Assembly (NCBI GenBank): GCA_964414215.1
Contig: CAYPVQ010000001.1
Span: 1 to 46,990, forward strand
Origin: an uncultured Candidatus Saccharibacteria bacterium
GTDB lineage: Bacteria > Patescibacteriota > Doudnabacteria > UBA920 > 2-01-FULL-46-14
Reading direction: 5' to 3'
DNA length: 46,990 nt
Shown one piece after another: positions 6,230-14,831 of this stretch. Below the pieces are notes generated by a model that saw nothing but the letters and a program-made list of their open reading frames with translations, ran no database searches and had not been told where the DNA came from. Positions within the stretch are counted from its first letter, which is position 1, and each line of letters starts with the position of its first letter. Position numbers and translations under genes: made by a program.

Positions 6230-8749
6230 TCACCCGCATTTCGAAAATCCGCACAGATCGCAGGTGAGGCAGCCTTCTTTCATCGTGAGGTTACTGCCGC
6301 AATCAGGGCAGGCCGGGGCAAAACCAAGATTGGCAATAGACATAGTCTGGGCGGCGTGGCCATTGGTGGTCTCTTGCCCGGTTTCCAATTGACCGGCCAA
6401 AACCATTTCCTCCGGGGTCGGAGAACTGGTTTTGGGAGACTCTGCTTCGGCAAATTTCAGATTAAGCTCGGCCTGCCCGCGTCTGACATGATTCTCCAAG
6501 ACTTTGCCAATGGCATCCGGAAGGGAATGGATAGCTCCGCCATTAGCAAAAACCATATCTGGCCCTCTAATCCCTTTGAGCTGATCAATAATCTCGATCA
6601 AAGCAATCCCCGAACGCAGGGCCAAAGAAATCATTCGGCAAATTGCCTCACTCTGGGCTTGAAAAAATCCCCCGGCTTTGCCCAGCTGCGAAAATACTTC
6701 AAAAGGCCCGTGTTCGTCTTCATTTATGGTTACAAACAAGTTGCCATAAGAGGTCCGCACCCGATAAGTCATGCCCTGCATTACATCGGGACGTTCTCGC
6801 GGGGTGGCTTTTCCTGCTAAACCGGCAGACTCGCTGCCATTGACTACTTGGCCAGTCAAAACCTTCAAGGCCTTGCTCCCCACCGTGTTTTTTTCGGAAA
6901 GAGAAACTGCTTCCAGCCCTGGAGCTAAACTTTTCGCTTTGTCCAAGTTTTTATTAAGATTTAAAACCTGGACCTGGCGGGAGCCGTCCCGATACAAAGT
7001 GCAACCTTTGCACCCTAATTTCCAAGCAAGGATATAGCCATCCTCAATATCTTTAACGGTAGCTTCATTGGGAAAGTTAATGGTTTTGGAAATGGAATTT
7101 TCCACATATCTTTGAAAAGCGGCTTGGGCGCGGATGTGATCCTCGGCCCGAATATCCATGGAAACGCGGAAAACATTTTTCAGGTCTTCGGGTAGGCCGG
7201 CAATATTCTGAAGTGATCCTTCAAAAATAATTTTTTCCATAAGTTCCTCACGGTACAACCCGCGTTCCCGTAAGGCTTTTTCCAAATATTGATTCACATA
7301 GCGGTAGGTATGACCATCTTTGTCCTGCTTGGTGTAAGAAAGCGCGAAGTTGGGTTCAATGCCCGAGGAAGTATCAAAGAACATGGAGATAGAGCCAGTC
7401 GGGGCAACGGTCGTAACCATGGTGTTGCGGCGCTTGATGCCGTTTCTGGTAGCCCAGGTTGAACTAGGCCATGCTGGAAACGCTCCCTTTTCGGAGGCGA
7501 TAGCCACAGAGGTGCGGTGCGCTTCTTCTTGAATGGTCTTCATCACCAGCTCCCCCGTGGCAAAACCTTCCGGGGAATCATAGCGAATCTTTAACTCATA
7601 AAGCATGTCAGCATAACCCATGACTCCTAAACCCAAGCGCCTGGTGTTTTTGGACATGTCTTGCACTTCTAGGACTGGATAATCAAATAAATCAATGACA
7701 TTGTCTAAAAATCTCGTGGCAACCATACTTGCGTGTTTGAGGTGTTCTAGGTCCAATTTCCTGTCTTTGACAAATGGCGCAAGATTAATCGAACCCAAGT
7801 TACAAACGTCATAGGGCGGTAAGCCCTGTTCCCCGCAAGGATTAGTCGCTTCAATCGGGGTTTTGGGCATGGTGTTGGTGCGGTTAAAAGCATCAAGGAA
7901 AACTACCCCAGGCTCGCCATTATGCCAAGCATTAGTAACAATTTCTTGGTAAAGTTCGCCGGCTGTAAGATCAACTTCTTCAATCTTGACTACCACGCCA
8001 AAGCGATCCCTCGTAATGCGGCGGGGTTTCATTTTTTGGCCATTAAATCTACAAAACCATGGGTGCTGAGGATTTTCCGTCACGGCGCGCATAAACTCGT
8101 CAGTCATCCCCACCGAGATATTAAAATTTCGAATCTCTCCTTCTGTCCGCTTGCAGTACACAAAATCTAAAATGTCTGGGTGATCTACAGGCAGGATCGC
8201 CATGTTTGCGCCGTGCCGGCCCTGCTGTTTGATGACCCCAAAGGCTTGGTTATACACTTGCAAAAACGAGACTGGACCCGAGGCCATACCCACGGAGGTT
8301 TTGACATAGGTCCCAGCAGGCCGCAACCTCCCGAAAGAAAAACCTAAGCCCGACCCCGCCTTTTGTAAAAGAGCAGCGTCTTTGAGAGTCTTAAAAATTC
8401 CTTCCATACTATCTTCAATCGGCAAGACAATGCAGTTAGCAACCACGGGGGAAGGTGCTCCGGCATTGGTTATGGTACGGCCAGCCGGGGTAAATTTTTT
8501 GTTGGCAATGATGTCAAAAAATTCCCGCTCCCATTTTTCGATCTGTTCTTGGCTTTTGCCGTAAGTTTTCTCAACTTCGGCCACGGCATGGGCAATGCGG
8601 TGAATCATCTCCGCCGGAGTTTCTTGACTCCCATCGGAACGTTTAACCAAATAGCGCTTGCGCATCACCCGTAGGGCATTCTCGGAAAAAGCTTCATTGA
8701 CTGCTTGAGCTTCCTGCGGGGAAAGAAACTGATGGTTTTGCTCATTCAT
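6230..8749 (-). CDS. nrdJ: adenosylcobalamin-dependent (class II) ribonucleotide reductase
   Basis: 839 aa with RNR catalytic-core motifs (NPCGEQGLPPYDVCNLGSINL, TVAPTGSIS). The C-terminal zinc ribbon CPDCGSNLTMKEGCLTCDLCGFSKCG is typical of class II enzymes. The start overlaps nrdR by 4 nt. Confidence 0.9.
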   Translation of the reverse strand: MNEQNHQFLSPQEAQAVNEAFSENALRVMRKRYLVKRSDGSQETPAEMIHRIAHAVAEVEKTYGKSQEQIEKWEREFFDIIANKKFTPAGRTITNAGAPSPVVANCIVLPIEDSMEGIFKTLKDAALLQKAGSGLGFSFGRLRPAGTYVKTSVGMASGPVSFLQVYNQAFGVIKQQGRHGANMAILPVDHPDILDFVYCKRTEGEIRNFNISVGMTDEFMRAVTENPQHPWFCRFNGQKMKPRRITRDRFGVVVKIEEVDLTAGELYQEIVTNAWHNGEPGVVFLDAFNRTNTMPKTPIEATNPCGEQGLPPYDVCNLGSINLAPFVKDRKLDLEHLKHASMVATRFLDNVIDLFDYPVLEVQDMSKNTRRLGLGVMGYADMLYELKIRYDSPEGFATGELVMKTIQEEAHRTSVAIASEKGAFPAWPSSTWATRNGIKRRNTMVTTVAPTGSISMFFDTSSGIEPNFALSYTKQDKDGHTYRYVNQYLEKALRERGLYREELMEKIIFEGSLQNIAGLPEDLKNVFRVSMDIRAEDHIRAQAAFQRYVENSISKTINFPNEATVKDIEDGYILAWKLGCKGCTLYRDGSRQVQVLNLNKNLDKAKSLAPGLEAVSLSEKNTVGSKALKVLTGQVVNGSESAGLAGKATPRERPDVMQGMTYRVRTSYGNLFVTINEDEHGPFEVFSQLGKAGGFFQAQSEAICRMISLALRSGIALIEIIDQLKGIRGPDMVFANGGAIHSLPDAIGKVLENHVRRGQAELNLKFAEAESPKTSSPTPEEMVLAGQLETGQETTNGHAAQTMSIANLGFAPACPDCGSNLTMKEGCLTCDLCGFSKCG

Positions 8750-9192
8750 AATTTTTGCAACTCCTTTTTAAACTCTTCCACATCCGCGAATTTGCGATAG
8801 ACCGAGGCAAAGCGCAAATAAGCCACCTGGTCATACCCTTTAAGCTTCCGGATGACAATGTTGCCAATTTCCCGAGATTCAATTTGATTGTCTTTCATTT
8901 TTTTCTGAATTTCTTGCTCAACTTGAGATATAAGTTGCTTAAATTGCTCGCGGGAAACGGGCCGTTTTTCCAAGGCCTTGTGTAAACCAGCCTCGAGTTT
9001 TTCCCGGCTGTAGACTTCCGCCGTGCCATCGCGTTTTTTCACTGTCAAATCCAAAATTTCTACCTCTTCATAGGTGGAAAAACGAAATTGACAAGACTCA
9101 CACTCTCGCCGCCTCCTGATGGATAAACCGTCAGCGGCAACTCGCGAGTCAATCACTTTGGTGTCTGGATTACTGCAAAATGGACACTGCAT
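8746..9192 (-). CDS. nrdR: transcriptional repressor NrdR
   Basis: MQCPFCSNPDTKVIDSR...ECESCQFRFSTYE forms a zinc ribbon, followed by an ATP-cone region. 148 aa. Confidence 0.9.
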   Translation of the reverse strand: MQCPFCSNPDTKVIDSRVAADGLSIRRRRECESCQFRFSTYEEVEILDLTVKKRDGTAEVYSREKLEAGLHKALEKRPVSREQFKQLISQVEQEIQKKMKDNQIESREIGNIVIRKLKGYDQVAYLRFASVYRKFADVEEFKKELQKL

Positions 9193-9290
9193 AAATTTTT
9201 TAGCCTACAAAAAATTAAGCGCCTTATTTAGAAGCTCATAAAGCTTGAGGTAATTTTGTTTTTGTTTCAAAGGGCTGTTTTTCAGTCAAA

Positions 9291-9349
9291 AACCACTATA
9301 TCTTGTGGTTCTCATGGTAAAGATACAACTAGATGTAGTTTTTTGTCAA
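9291..9349 (-). promoter_or_regulatory. putative nrdR-nrdJ promoter with two NrdR-box-like palindromes
   Basis: Box A, aaccactatatcttgtggtt (9291-9310), matches the NrdR-box consensus acaCwAtATaTwGtgt at ~13/16. Box B, aactagatgtagtt (9327-9340), is weaker. Their centres are 33 bp apart. On the - strand, TTGACA (9349-9344), an 18-nt spacer and TATCTT (9325-9320) place box B in the spacer. Confidence 0.5.
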
Positions 9350-9449
9350 GTCCTTGACAAAGGCCTAAAAAATGCCTTTATCCACAACTACTTCATCTTT
9401 TTTCTGATGAAGGCGGGCCTGCCCGCCGAAATCCCACAACCAACGAGAC

Positions 9450-10622
9450 TCACTTCATTTTCTTCCTGATGAAGGCGGGGATATCAAGTTCTGCTTCCTC
9501 TTCCTCGGCTTGCTCTAAAGTTTTTGTGGCAAACACGGGCTCCCGGTTTTTCTGGGTTTCAGCCAGCTTTACCTCCTCGGCCGCAAAAATCAGGGGGGTA
9601 GCAAGTGAGTGTTTGGCAAGCGGCTTTTTGCGCGCTCCTTCTTCAAAACCCGTGGCGATGACCGTAATCCGAATTTCGTCACTCAACTCCTCATCAATTA
9701 CCGCGCCAAAAATAATCTTGGCGTCGCTATCCACACTCCGGGTGATAATCTTCGCCGCCTCATCTACCTCATACATACCTAAATCCTTGCCCCCGGTGAT
9801 ATTAAAGAGAACCCCCTTTGCTCCATCAATCGAGACCTCCAAACGCGGCGAATCAATCGCGGCTTTGGCTGCTTCCACGGCCCGGTTTTCCCCGCTTCCC
9901 TTACCAATGCCCATGAGGGCCGAACCCGCATCAGCCATTACACTCTTCACATCGGCAAAATCCACATTGATAAGCCCGGGAGTCGTAACCAAGTCGGCAA
10001 TCCCTTGCACTCCTTGACGCAGGACATCATCAACCGTGCGAAACGCATCGAGAAGCGAGGTTTTTTTATCAATAATCTGTAAGATGCGGTCATTGGGAAT
10101 CACAATAATCGTATCCACGTGCTCTTTGAGCTCTTCTAAGGCCTTATCTGCAATTTCCCGACGTTTCGCTCCTTCAAACGCAAAAGGTTTGGTCACGACT
10201 CCGACGGGCAGAATCCCTGGACCGGTAGTAAGCTCAGGCACGACCGGGCGCGGTCCTGATCCCGTTCCTCCACCCAATCCGCACGTGACAAAGGCCATAT
10301 CTGAGCCCCGCAAGACCTCGAGAATCTCCTCTTTGCTCTCCTCGGCTGCTGTCCGGCCAGTCTCCGGATTCATACCCGCTCCAAGACCTCGGGTGGTTTG
10401 TTTGCCAATTTGGACCTTTTTGTCAGCTTTGGAATGATGCAAAGCCTGGGCATCAGTATTTATGGCCACAAATTCCACCCCCCTTAGACCCATGGTAATC
10501 ATGCGGTGGATGGCATTGTGTCCCGAGCCTCCTACGCCCACCACTTTAATGCGCGCAATAGTTTCAATTTTTGGCTTAATTTCGGGATAATTCTTATATC
10601 TATTAGGCATAATGTAATCCAA
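9450..10622 (-). CDS. ftsZ: cell division GTPase FtsZ
   Basis: Contains GVGGSGHNAI and the tubulin signature GGGTGSG, plus VVTKPFAFEG. The track start at 10622 is TTG; the ATG at 10610 is an alternative. Confidence 0.9.
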   Translation of the reverse strand: MDYIMPNRYKNYPEIKPKIETIARIKVVGVGGSGHNAIHRMITMGLRGVEFVAINTDAQALHHSKADKKVQIGKQTTRGLGAGMNPETGRTAAEESKEEILEVLRGSDMAFVTCGLGGGTGSGPRPVVPELTTGPGILPVGVVTKPFAFEGAKRREIADKALEELKEHVDTIIVIPNDRILQIIDKKTSLLDAFRTVDDVLRQGVQGIADLVTTPGLINVDFADVKSVMADAGSALMGIGKGSGENRAVEAAKAAIDSPRLEVSIDGAKGVLFNITGGKDLGMYEVDEAAKIITRSVDSDAKIIFGAVIDEELSDEIRITVIATGFEEGARKKPLAKHSLATPLIFAAEEVKLAETQKNREPVFATKTLEQAEEEEAELDIPAFIRKKMK

Positions 10623-10711
10623 TAATACTAAAGGCTGGGTAAAAAATCAATCAAGGCCACCCTTCGACCATTCGACAAGCTCATGGTGGTGAGCAGAGTC
10701 GAACCACAAGC

Positions 10712-11962
10712 TCAGGGCAAGAATTGTTTGAAAAACTTCCGGAGCCGTTCAATACTCGCATGCTCCAAAACTTTCTTGGCAAACCGGCTCACGCCAGCTC
10801 CCGCAGTGGGGCTTAGATATTCACTTCCCCATAAAACCAAACCAACGGCTGTAGCATATGCCGGATCGTCCACGCGGTCAATGATGGTGGAAATATTTAG
10901 AGGAAAACCAATCTGGACAGGCAGGCGTAATTCTTTTTTGGCCAGTTCGACAATGCCGGGCATCTTGGCACCCCCGCCCGTCAAAATGGCTCCAGCAGGC
11001 AACTGGCCATCTCGCCCTACTAACTTTAATTGTTTATTGACCATACTAAAAATTTCTTCCAAGCGCGCCTGAATAATTTCTGCCACATGGTGGCGGGAAA
11101 CCTGGCCTTCTTCTTGTCTATGGATCTTAGTTAAATTGATTTCTTCATCTTTCTTGACTGCTTGAGCCAAAGCAGTTCCGTACTCTCGCTTGACGATTTC
11201 GGCAACATCCACTGCAGTGCGGAGCCCAATTGCCAAATCATTGGTAATGTGGTCAGAACCCACAGGCAAAACCGAAGTATGTAACAAATCAGACTCTTCA
11301 AAGGCCACCACCCCGGTCGTTCCCCCTCCCAGTTCGATGAGCACTACCCCGAGCTCTTTTTGCCGCTTGGTGAGGACGGATTGGGCCGCGGCCAAAGGGG
11401 CCAAAACCAAATCATCAATATCAATCCCGGCTTGCATCACGCATTTGGTCAAATTTTTGATAAAGGGAATAGAGGCTTCAATAATCTGGCTGTCTACCTC
11501 GAGCCTGATTCCGGTCATTCCCACGGGGTCCTTAATGCCCGCTTGCCCGTCCACGACAAAATCTTTCGGGATAACATGCAAAATTTCCCGGTTAGTAGGG
11601 ATTTGAATTGCTTGACTAGCATCAATCACCCGGACCACGTCAGACTCGGTAATTTCCCCATCCGCCCGCGCAATGGCAATCACCCCGTGGCTCTCGAGCG
11701 AAGAAACGTGCGCGCCATTTAACGAAACCACGGCGTGTTCCGTGGGAATTCCCGTCATTCGTTCGGCTTTTTCTAAGGCTGTCGAAATCGCGGATACTGC
11801 CTCTTCAATATCAATAATCACTCCGCGGCGGATCCCCGCGGCGAGGGCTTCTCCCACCCCGATAATACTCGGTGGTGATTCCGGCTGCTCTCGTTTTCCC
11901 ACCACCACCCGAATGGTAGTTGTCCCGATATCCAAGCCGACTAAAATTTGGTCAGACGCCAT
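10712..11962 (-). CDS. ftsA: cell division protein FtsA
   Basis: 416 aa with an actin-like ATPase pattern (VGLDIGTTTIRVVV, ELGGGTTGV, LTGGGAKMPGI). It lies directly upstream of ftsZ. Its stop codon lies inside a repeat element (~10655-10716). Confidence 0.9.
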   Translation of the reverse strand: MASDQILVGLDIGTTTIRVVVGKREQPESPPSIIGVGEALAAGIRRGVIIDIEEAVSAISTALEKAERMTGIPTEHAVVSLNGAHVSSLESHGVIAIARADGEITESDVVRVIDASQAIQIPTNREILHVIPKDFVVDGQAGIKDPVGMTGIRLEVDSQIIEASIPFIKNLTKCVMQAGIDIDDLVLAPLAAAQSVLTKRQKELGVVLIELGGGTTGVVAFEESDLLHTSVLPVGSDHITNDLAIGLRTAVDVAEIVKREYGTALAQAVKKDEEINLTKIHRQEEGQVSRHHVAEIIQARLEEIFSMVNKQLKLVGRDGQLPAGAILTGGGAKMPGIVELAKKELRLPVQIGFPLNISTIIDRVDDPAYATAVGLVLWGSEYLSPTAGAGVSRFAKKVLEHASIERLRKFFKQFLP

Positions 11963-11963
11963 A

Positions 11964-12410
11964 CTATTTTAATTCTTCCTTGACAATTTGGGAGACGAGG
12001 ATACCGGCGGCTCTCCCTTTAACTTTAGGCATCAGCGCCTTCATGACTTTCCCAAAATCCGCTGCCCCCGCTGCTTGAACCTCGGTAATTATCTCCTTGA
12101 CGAGCGCTCTTAATTCGCTTCCGGATAAAGGCTCAGGTAAATAAGCTTGGATGAGCGCAAGCTCGGAGCGCTCTTTCTCTACCAAGTCTGCTCGATTACC
12201 AGCCGCAAATTGACTAATCGAATCTTGGTGTTTTTTAACCCTTCCTTGCAGGACTCCCAGAACCTCGTCGTCGCTAAGCTCTCTCTTTTTTTGAATCTCT
12301 TGGTTATGAATGTCCGAAAGCAACAAGCGCAACACCGAAACCGACTCCCCTTCGCGGTCTTTGAGGGCCTTAGCTAAGTCGACTTTAATTTTCCCTTTTA
12401 ATAAACTCAA
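11964..12410 (-). CDS. GatB/YqeY domain protein
   Basis: 148 aa. The pattern LKDREGESVSVLRLLLSDIHNQEI...EKERSELALIQAYLP...DFGKVMKALMPKVKGRA is typical of YqeY. Confidence 0.8.
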   Translation of the reverse strand: MSLLKGKIKVDLAKALKDREGESVSVLRLLLSDIHNQEIQKKRELSDDEVLGVLQGRVKKHQDSISQFAAGNRADLVEKERSELALIQAYLPEPLSGSELRALVKEIITEVQAAGAADFGKVMKALMPKVKGRAAGILVSQIVKEELK

Positions 12411-12413
12411 AGC

Positions 12414-12659
12414 TTAACGACTCCCTCGACGGGTGGGCCGGAAAGGCAGAAGTTTTCCCTGCTTGCGCAAATCCTCACGTTCTTGGGCAAGTTCTTGCCT
12501 TCGCCTGGCACTCTCCCTCAGCAAGTTTCGGGATTTTGGTGGGTCATAAAACTGAATTTTCCGCGCTCTCACTAGAACTCCGCTCTGCTGAATTTTGCGG
12601 TTGAACCGCCGCACTAGGCTTTCGAAAGATTCCCCCTCCTTCCGCTTCACTTCAACCAC
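12414..12659 (-). CDS. rpsU: 30S ribosomal protein bS21
   Basis: MVEVKRKEGESFESLVRRFNRKIQQSGVLVRARKIQFYDPPKS matches bS21. Confidence 0.85.
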   Translation of the reverse strand: MVEVKRKEGESFESLVRRFNRKIQQSGVLVRARKIQFYDPPKSRNLLRESARRRQELAQEREDLRKQGKLLPFRPTRRGSR

Positions 12660-12730
12660 TTAAACTCCTCACCCCTTTCTAAAAATTAAATAGTCCTAAA
12701 GTCCTAAGCCGCATTATACCATAACCCTCC

Positions 12731-13999
12731 CTATTTGCCCAGTCGCTTTTTGACTTCCTCAATAAGCCGATCATTGCGGAAGACTTCCTGCATGCCGCTG
12801 CGCATATCACGCAGGATCACGGTTTCCTCAATCGCTTCTTTCTGACCAATAATGAGGGTAATCGCCGCATGACAGTCCTGGGCTTTTGCGAGCTGATTTT
12901 TAATTCCCGAATTACCCAACATGGCCTCGGCTGTCAAGATCCCGGCGCGCTGTAGCTCCCGATACAACCCTAAAGTCCGCCGCGAGGCCACCTGTCCTAA
13001 AGAAATAATAAAAACCTCAACTTGCGGCCCAAGGCCCTTTTTCGCTGGAGAAACGGCTGACCACAACTTTTCGAGGGAAACTAAAAATCCAATAAGCGGA
13101 GCCTCCTCCCCAAGATATTTAACCCACGAAGTGTAGCTTCCCCCGTACCCTAAAACTTCGCTTCGCTCGGGAAGGCTCAAACGAAACAAGACCTTCTCTT
13201 GCAAAAAGTTGCTATTCAAGACGGGATTTAAGGTATAAGGTATTCCTAACTCATCAATTGTCTCCAGTACGGAAACGAGAGTCGTCCGGCAGGATTCGTC
13301 CAAAAAATCTACTATTTGCGGAGCCGTCGCCAGAAGGGTTTGGCAAGAATTCTTCTCACAACTCCAGACGGTCATAGGAACAGTCTCCAAATTTGTCAGA
13401 CAATCAGTGCATAATTCAAAACTGGTCTTCCGCAGGTATTCCCGCAAGGTGCTCAAATAGTCTTTCTGGCAAGTAGCGCAACCTAAACTATTAACCTCTG
13501 CCAGAAAATCGCCAATTCCCAACTCATTAAAAAGTTGGGTCACCACATTAATCAATTGGGCATTGGCCAAAGCCGAATCCTCACCTAAGATAAAAATTCC
13601 CAATTCGTGACTTTTCAAAAGCTGACCTTCCTTCAGATCGATAACCGGCGAGAGGTAAAACCACTTCGCCACATGCGCCCCGCGGGAGCGGAAATTTTGT
13701 AAATAGCGTTTACAAACACTCAAAAAGTAAGTGGGACACAAACTTAAAGCTTCCGCCCCAGGGAAGGAACTGCTGCTCATCAGTCCCCACAGTCGAGAAC
13801 CAAAGTGCTGTTTTAAGAGCGGATCGCGCAGAAAAACTTCCCGTTCCTCCACCACGGGAAGCACAATTTGCTGAAACCCAAAATTCCCAATAATCCTCGA
13901 GAGCTGATCTAAGGAAGCCTCTTCTCCTCCTAGCGGAACCGTCAGGCGCAGTGAGGGACGCTGCAGAGCGATTAAGTTTCGCTTGCGTTTCGTCATCAT
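12731..13999 (-). CDS. histidyl-tRNA synthetase-like protein with degenerate catalytic motifs (HisZ-like?)
   Basis: HisRS architecture is recognisable (INSLGC..C..Y pattern as EVNSLGCATCQKDYLSTLREYL). An anticodon-binding-like C-terminus is present (VEVFIISLG...TLIIGQKEAIEETVILRDMRSG). Motif 2 (fRyErPq.GR.REF) reads PVIDLKEGQLLKSHE, and GGRYD reads GGSYT. The start was trimmed to the ATG just after the lepB stop. Confidence 0.55.
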   Translation of the reverse strand: MMTKRKRNLIALQRPSLRLTVPLGGEEASLDQLSRIIGNFGFQQIVLPVVEEREVFLRDPLLKQHFGSRLWGLMSSSSFPGAEALSLCPTYFLSVCKRYLQNFRSRGAHVAKWFYLSPVIDLKEGQLLKSHELGIFILGEDSALANAQLINVVTQLFNELGIGDFLAEVNSLGCATCQKDYLSTLREYLRKTSFELCTDCLTNLETVPMTVWSCEKNSCQTLLATAPQIVDFLDESCRTTLVSVLETIDELGIPYTLNPVLNSNFLQEKVLFRLSLPERSEVLGYGGSYTSWVKYLGEEAPLIGFLVSLEKLWSAVSPAKKGLGPQVEVFIISLGQVASRRTLGLYRELQRAGILTAEAMLGNSGIKNQLAKAQDCHAAITLIIGQKEAIEETVILRDMRSGMQEVFRNDRLIEEVKKRLGK

Positions 14000-14000
14000 G

Positions 14001-14612
14001 TCATAAGGAAGGGGTATCAAAAACGGGTTTAGCAAAAATATCAAATTCTTTCAAGGGGAATAACCGGACATAGACGCGCCCCACAATATCTTTGCGGGGA
14101 AGTGGTCCCCAAATCCGGGAATCCGAAGAAGCTAAACGGTTATCGCCTAAAACAAAATATTCCTCCGCCTTGAGCCGCCGATCCACATTCCCATAAGTTG
14201 CTTGGTTCGGCGCGAGATAGTCTTCGTCCAAGACCGAACCTTGCGGGTAGCTCTCGTTAAAGATAGTGACGTGGCCATTTTCAATTATTATCCGTTCATC
14301 AGGCAAGGCCGCAATGCGTTTGATAAAGAACTGGGAAGGATCATGGGGAAAGCGCATCACCACTACTTCTCCGCGCAGAGGCTCGCGGAAACGATAGGTG
14401 AGTTCGTCAATAATCAGGTAGTTCCCATCCTGAAAAGTCGGACGCATCGAATCTCCAGTTACGACAAACGGTTGAAACAAAAACCACCGGACCGGAATAA
14501 TAATCGCGACTGCAATAATAAAAACCTTTAAAAAATCAAACGCAAAGAGCCGAATCGCACTTAAGGTGCTCATTTGCTCCTCGGAAGCTTGGTTTTTGGT
14601 TTCATCATTCAT
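14001..14612 (-). CDS. lepB: signal peptidase I
   Basis: TM anchor followed by the catalytic-Ser box GDSMRPTF, then GDNRLASSDSR and the RVYVRLFP boxes. Confidence 0.9.
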   Translation of the reverse strand: MNDETKNQASEEQMSTLSAIRLFAFDFLKVFIIAVAIIIPVRWFLFQPFVVTGDSMRPTFQDGNYLIIDELTYRFREPLRGEVVVMRFPHDPSQFFIKRIAALPDERIIIENGHVTIFNESYPQGSVLDEDYLAPNQATYGNVDRRLKAEEYFVLGDNRLASSDSRIWGPLPRKDIVGRVYVRLFPLKEFDIFAKPVFDTPSL

Positions 14613-14707
14613 AATCAGAATAGCTGCTGTTTTTCGTACGTGTCTTAAACACTATAGCATTAGGAAAAATAAAATTCAAATGCGCTTGGAGCCGGAGCGA
14701 GGTGAAA

Positions 14708-14779
14708 TGGACGGTAGTGGATTCGAACCGCTGACCCCTCGCATGTGACGCGAGTGCTCTACCGCTGAGCTAACCGTCC
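14708..14779 (-). tRNA. tRNA-Val (anticodon CAC)
   Basis: The - strand reads GGACGGT-TA-GCTC-AGCGGTA-GAGC-A-CTCGC-GTCACAT-GCGAG-GGGTC-AGCGG-TTCGAAT-CCACT-ACCGTCC-A. This gives a 7-bp acceptor stem and a TTCGAAT T-loop, with one C/A mismatch in the T-stem. CCA is not encoded. Confidence 0.85.
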
Positions 14780-14831
14780 ATGTTGCCCTCAATATACCAG
14801 ATTCTTCAAGGGTTTGCTATAATAAAGAACA

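Noticed and set aside
9450-9452. UGA recoding (code 25, as in some CPR lineages)
   Set aside because: Long conserved genes (nrdJ, uvrA, topA, ftsZ) contain no in-frame TGA. Several (ftsZ, nrdJ, pth, the LCP gene) end cleanly at TGA at the expected protein length.
9469-11972. Long antisense ORFs inside ftsZ and ftsA (for example 9469-10017, 10036-10437, 10683-11072, 11190-11606)
   Set aside because: They are typical Ser/Ala/Pro-rich shadows opposite highly conserved genes and have no independent signals.
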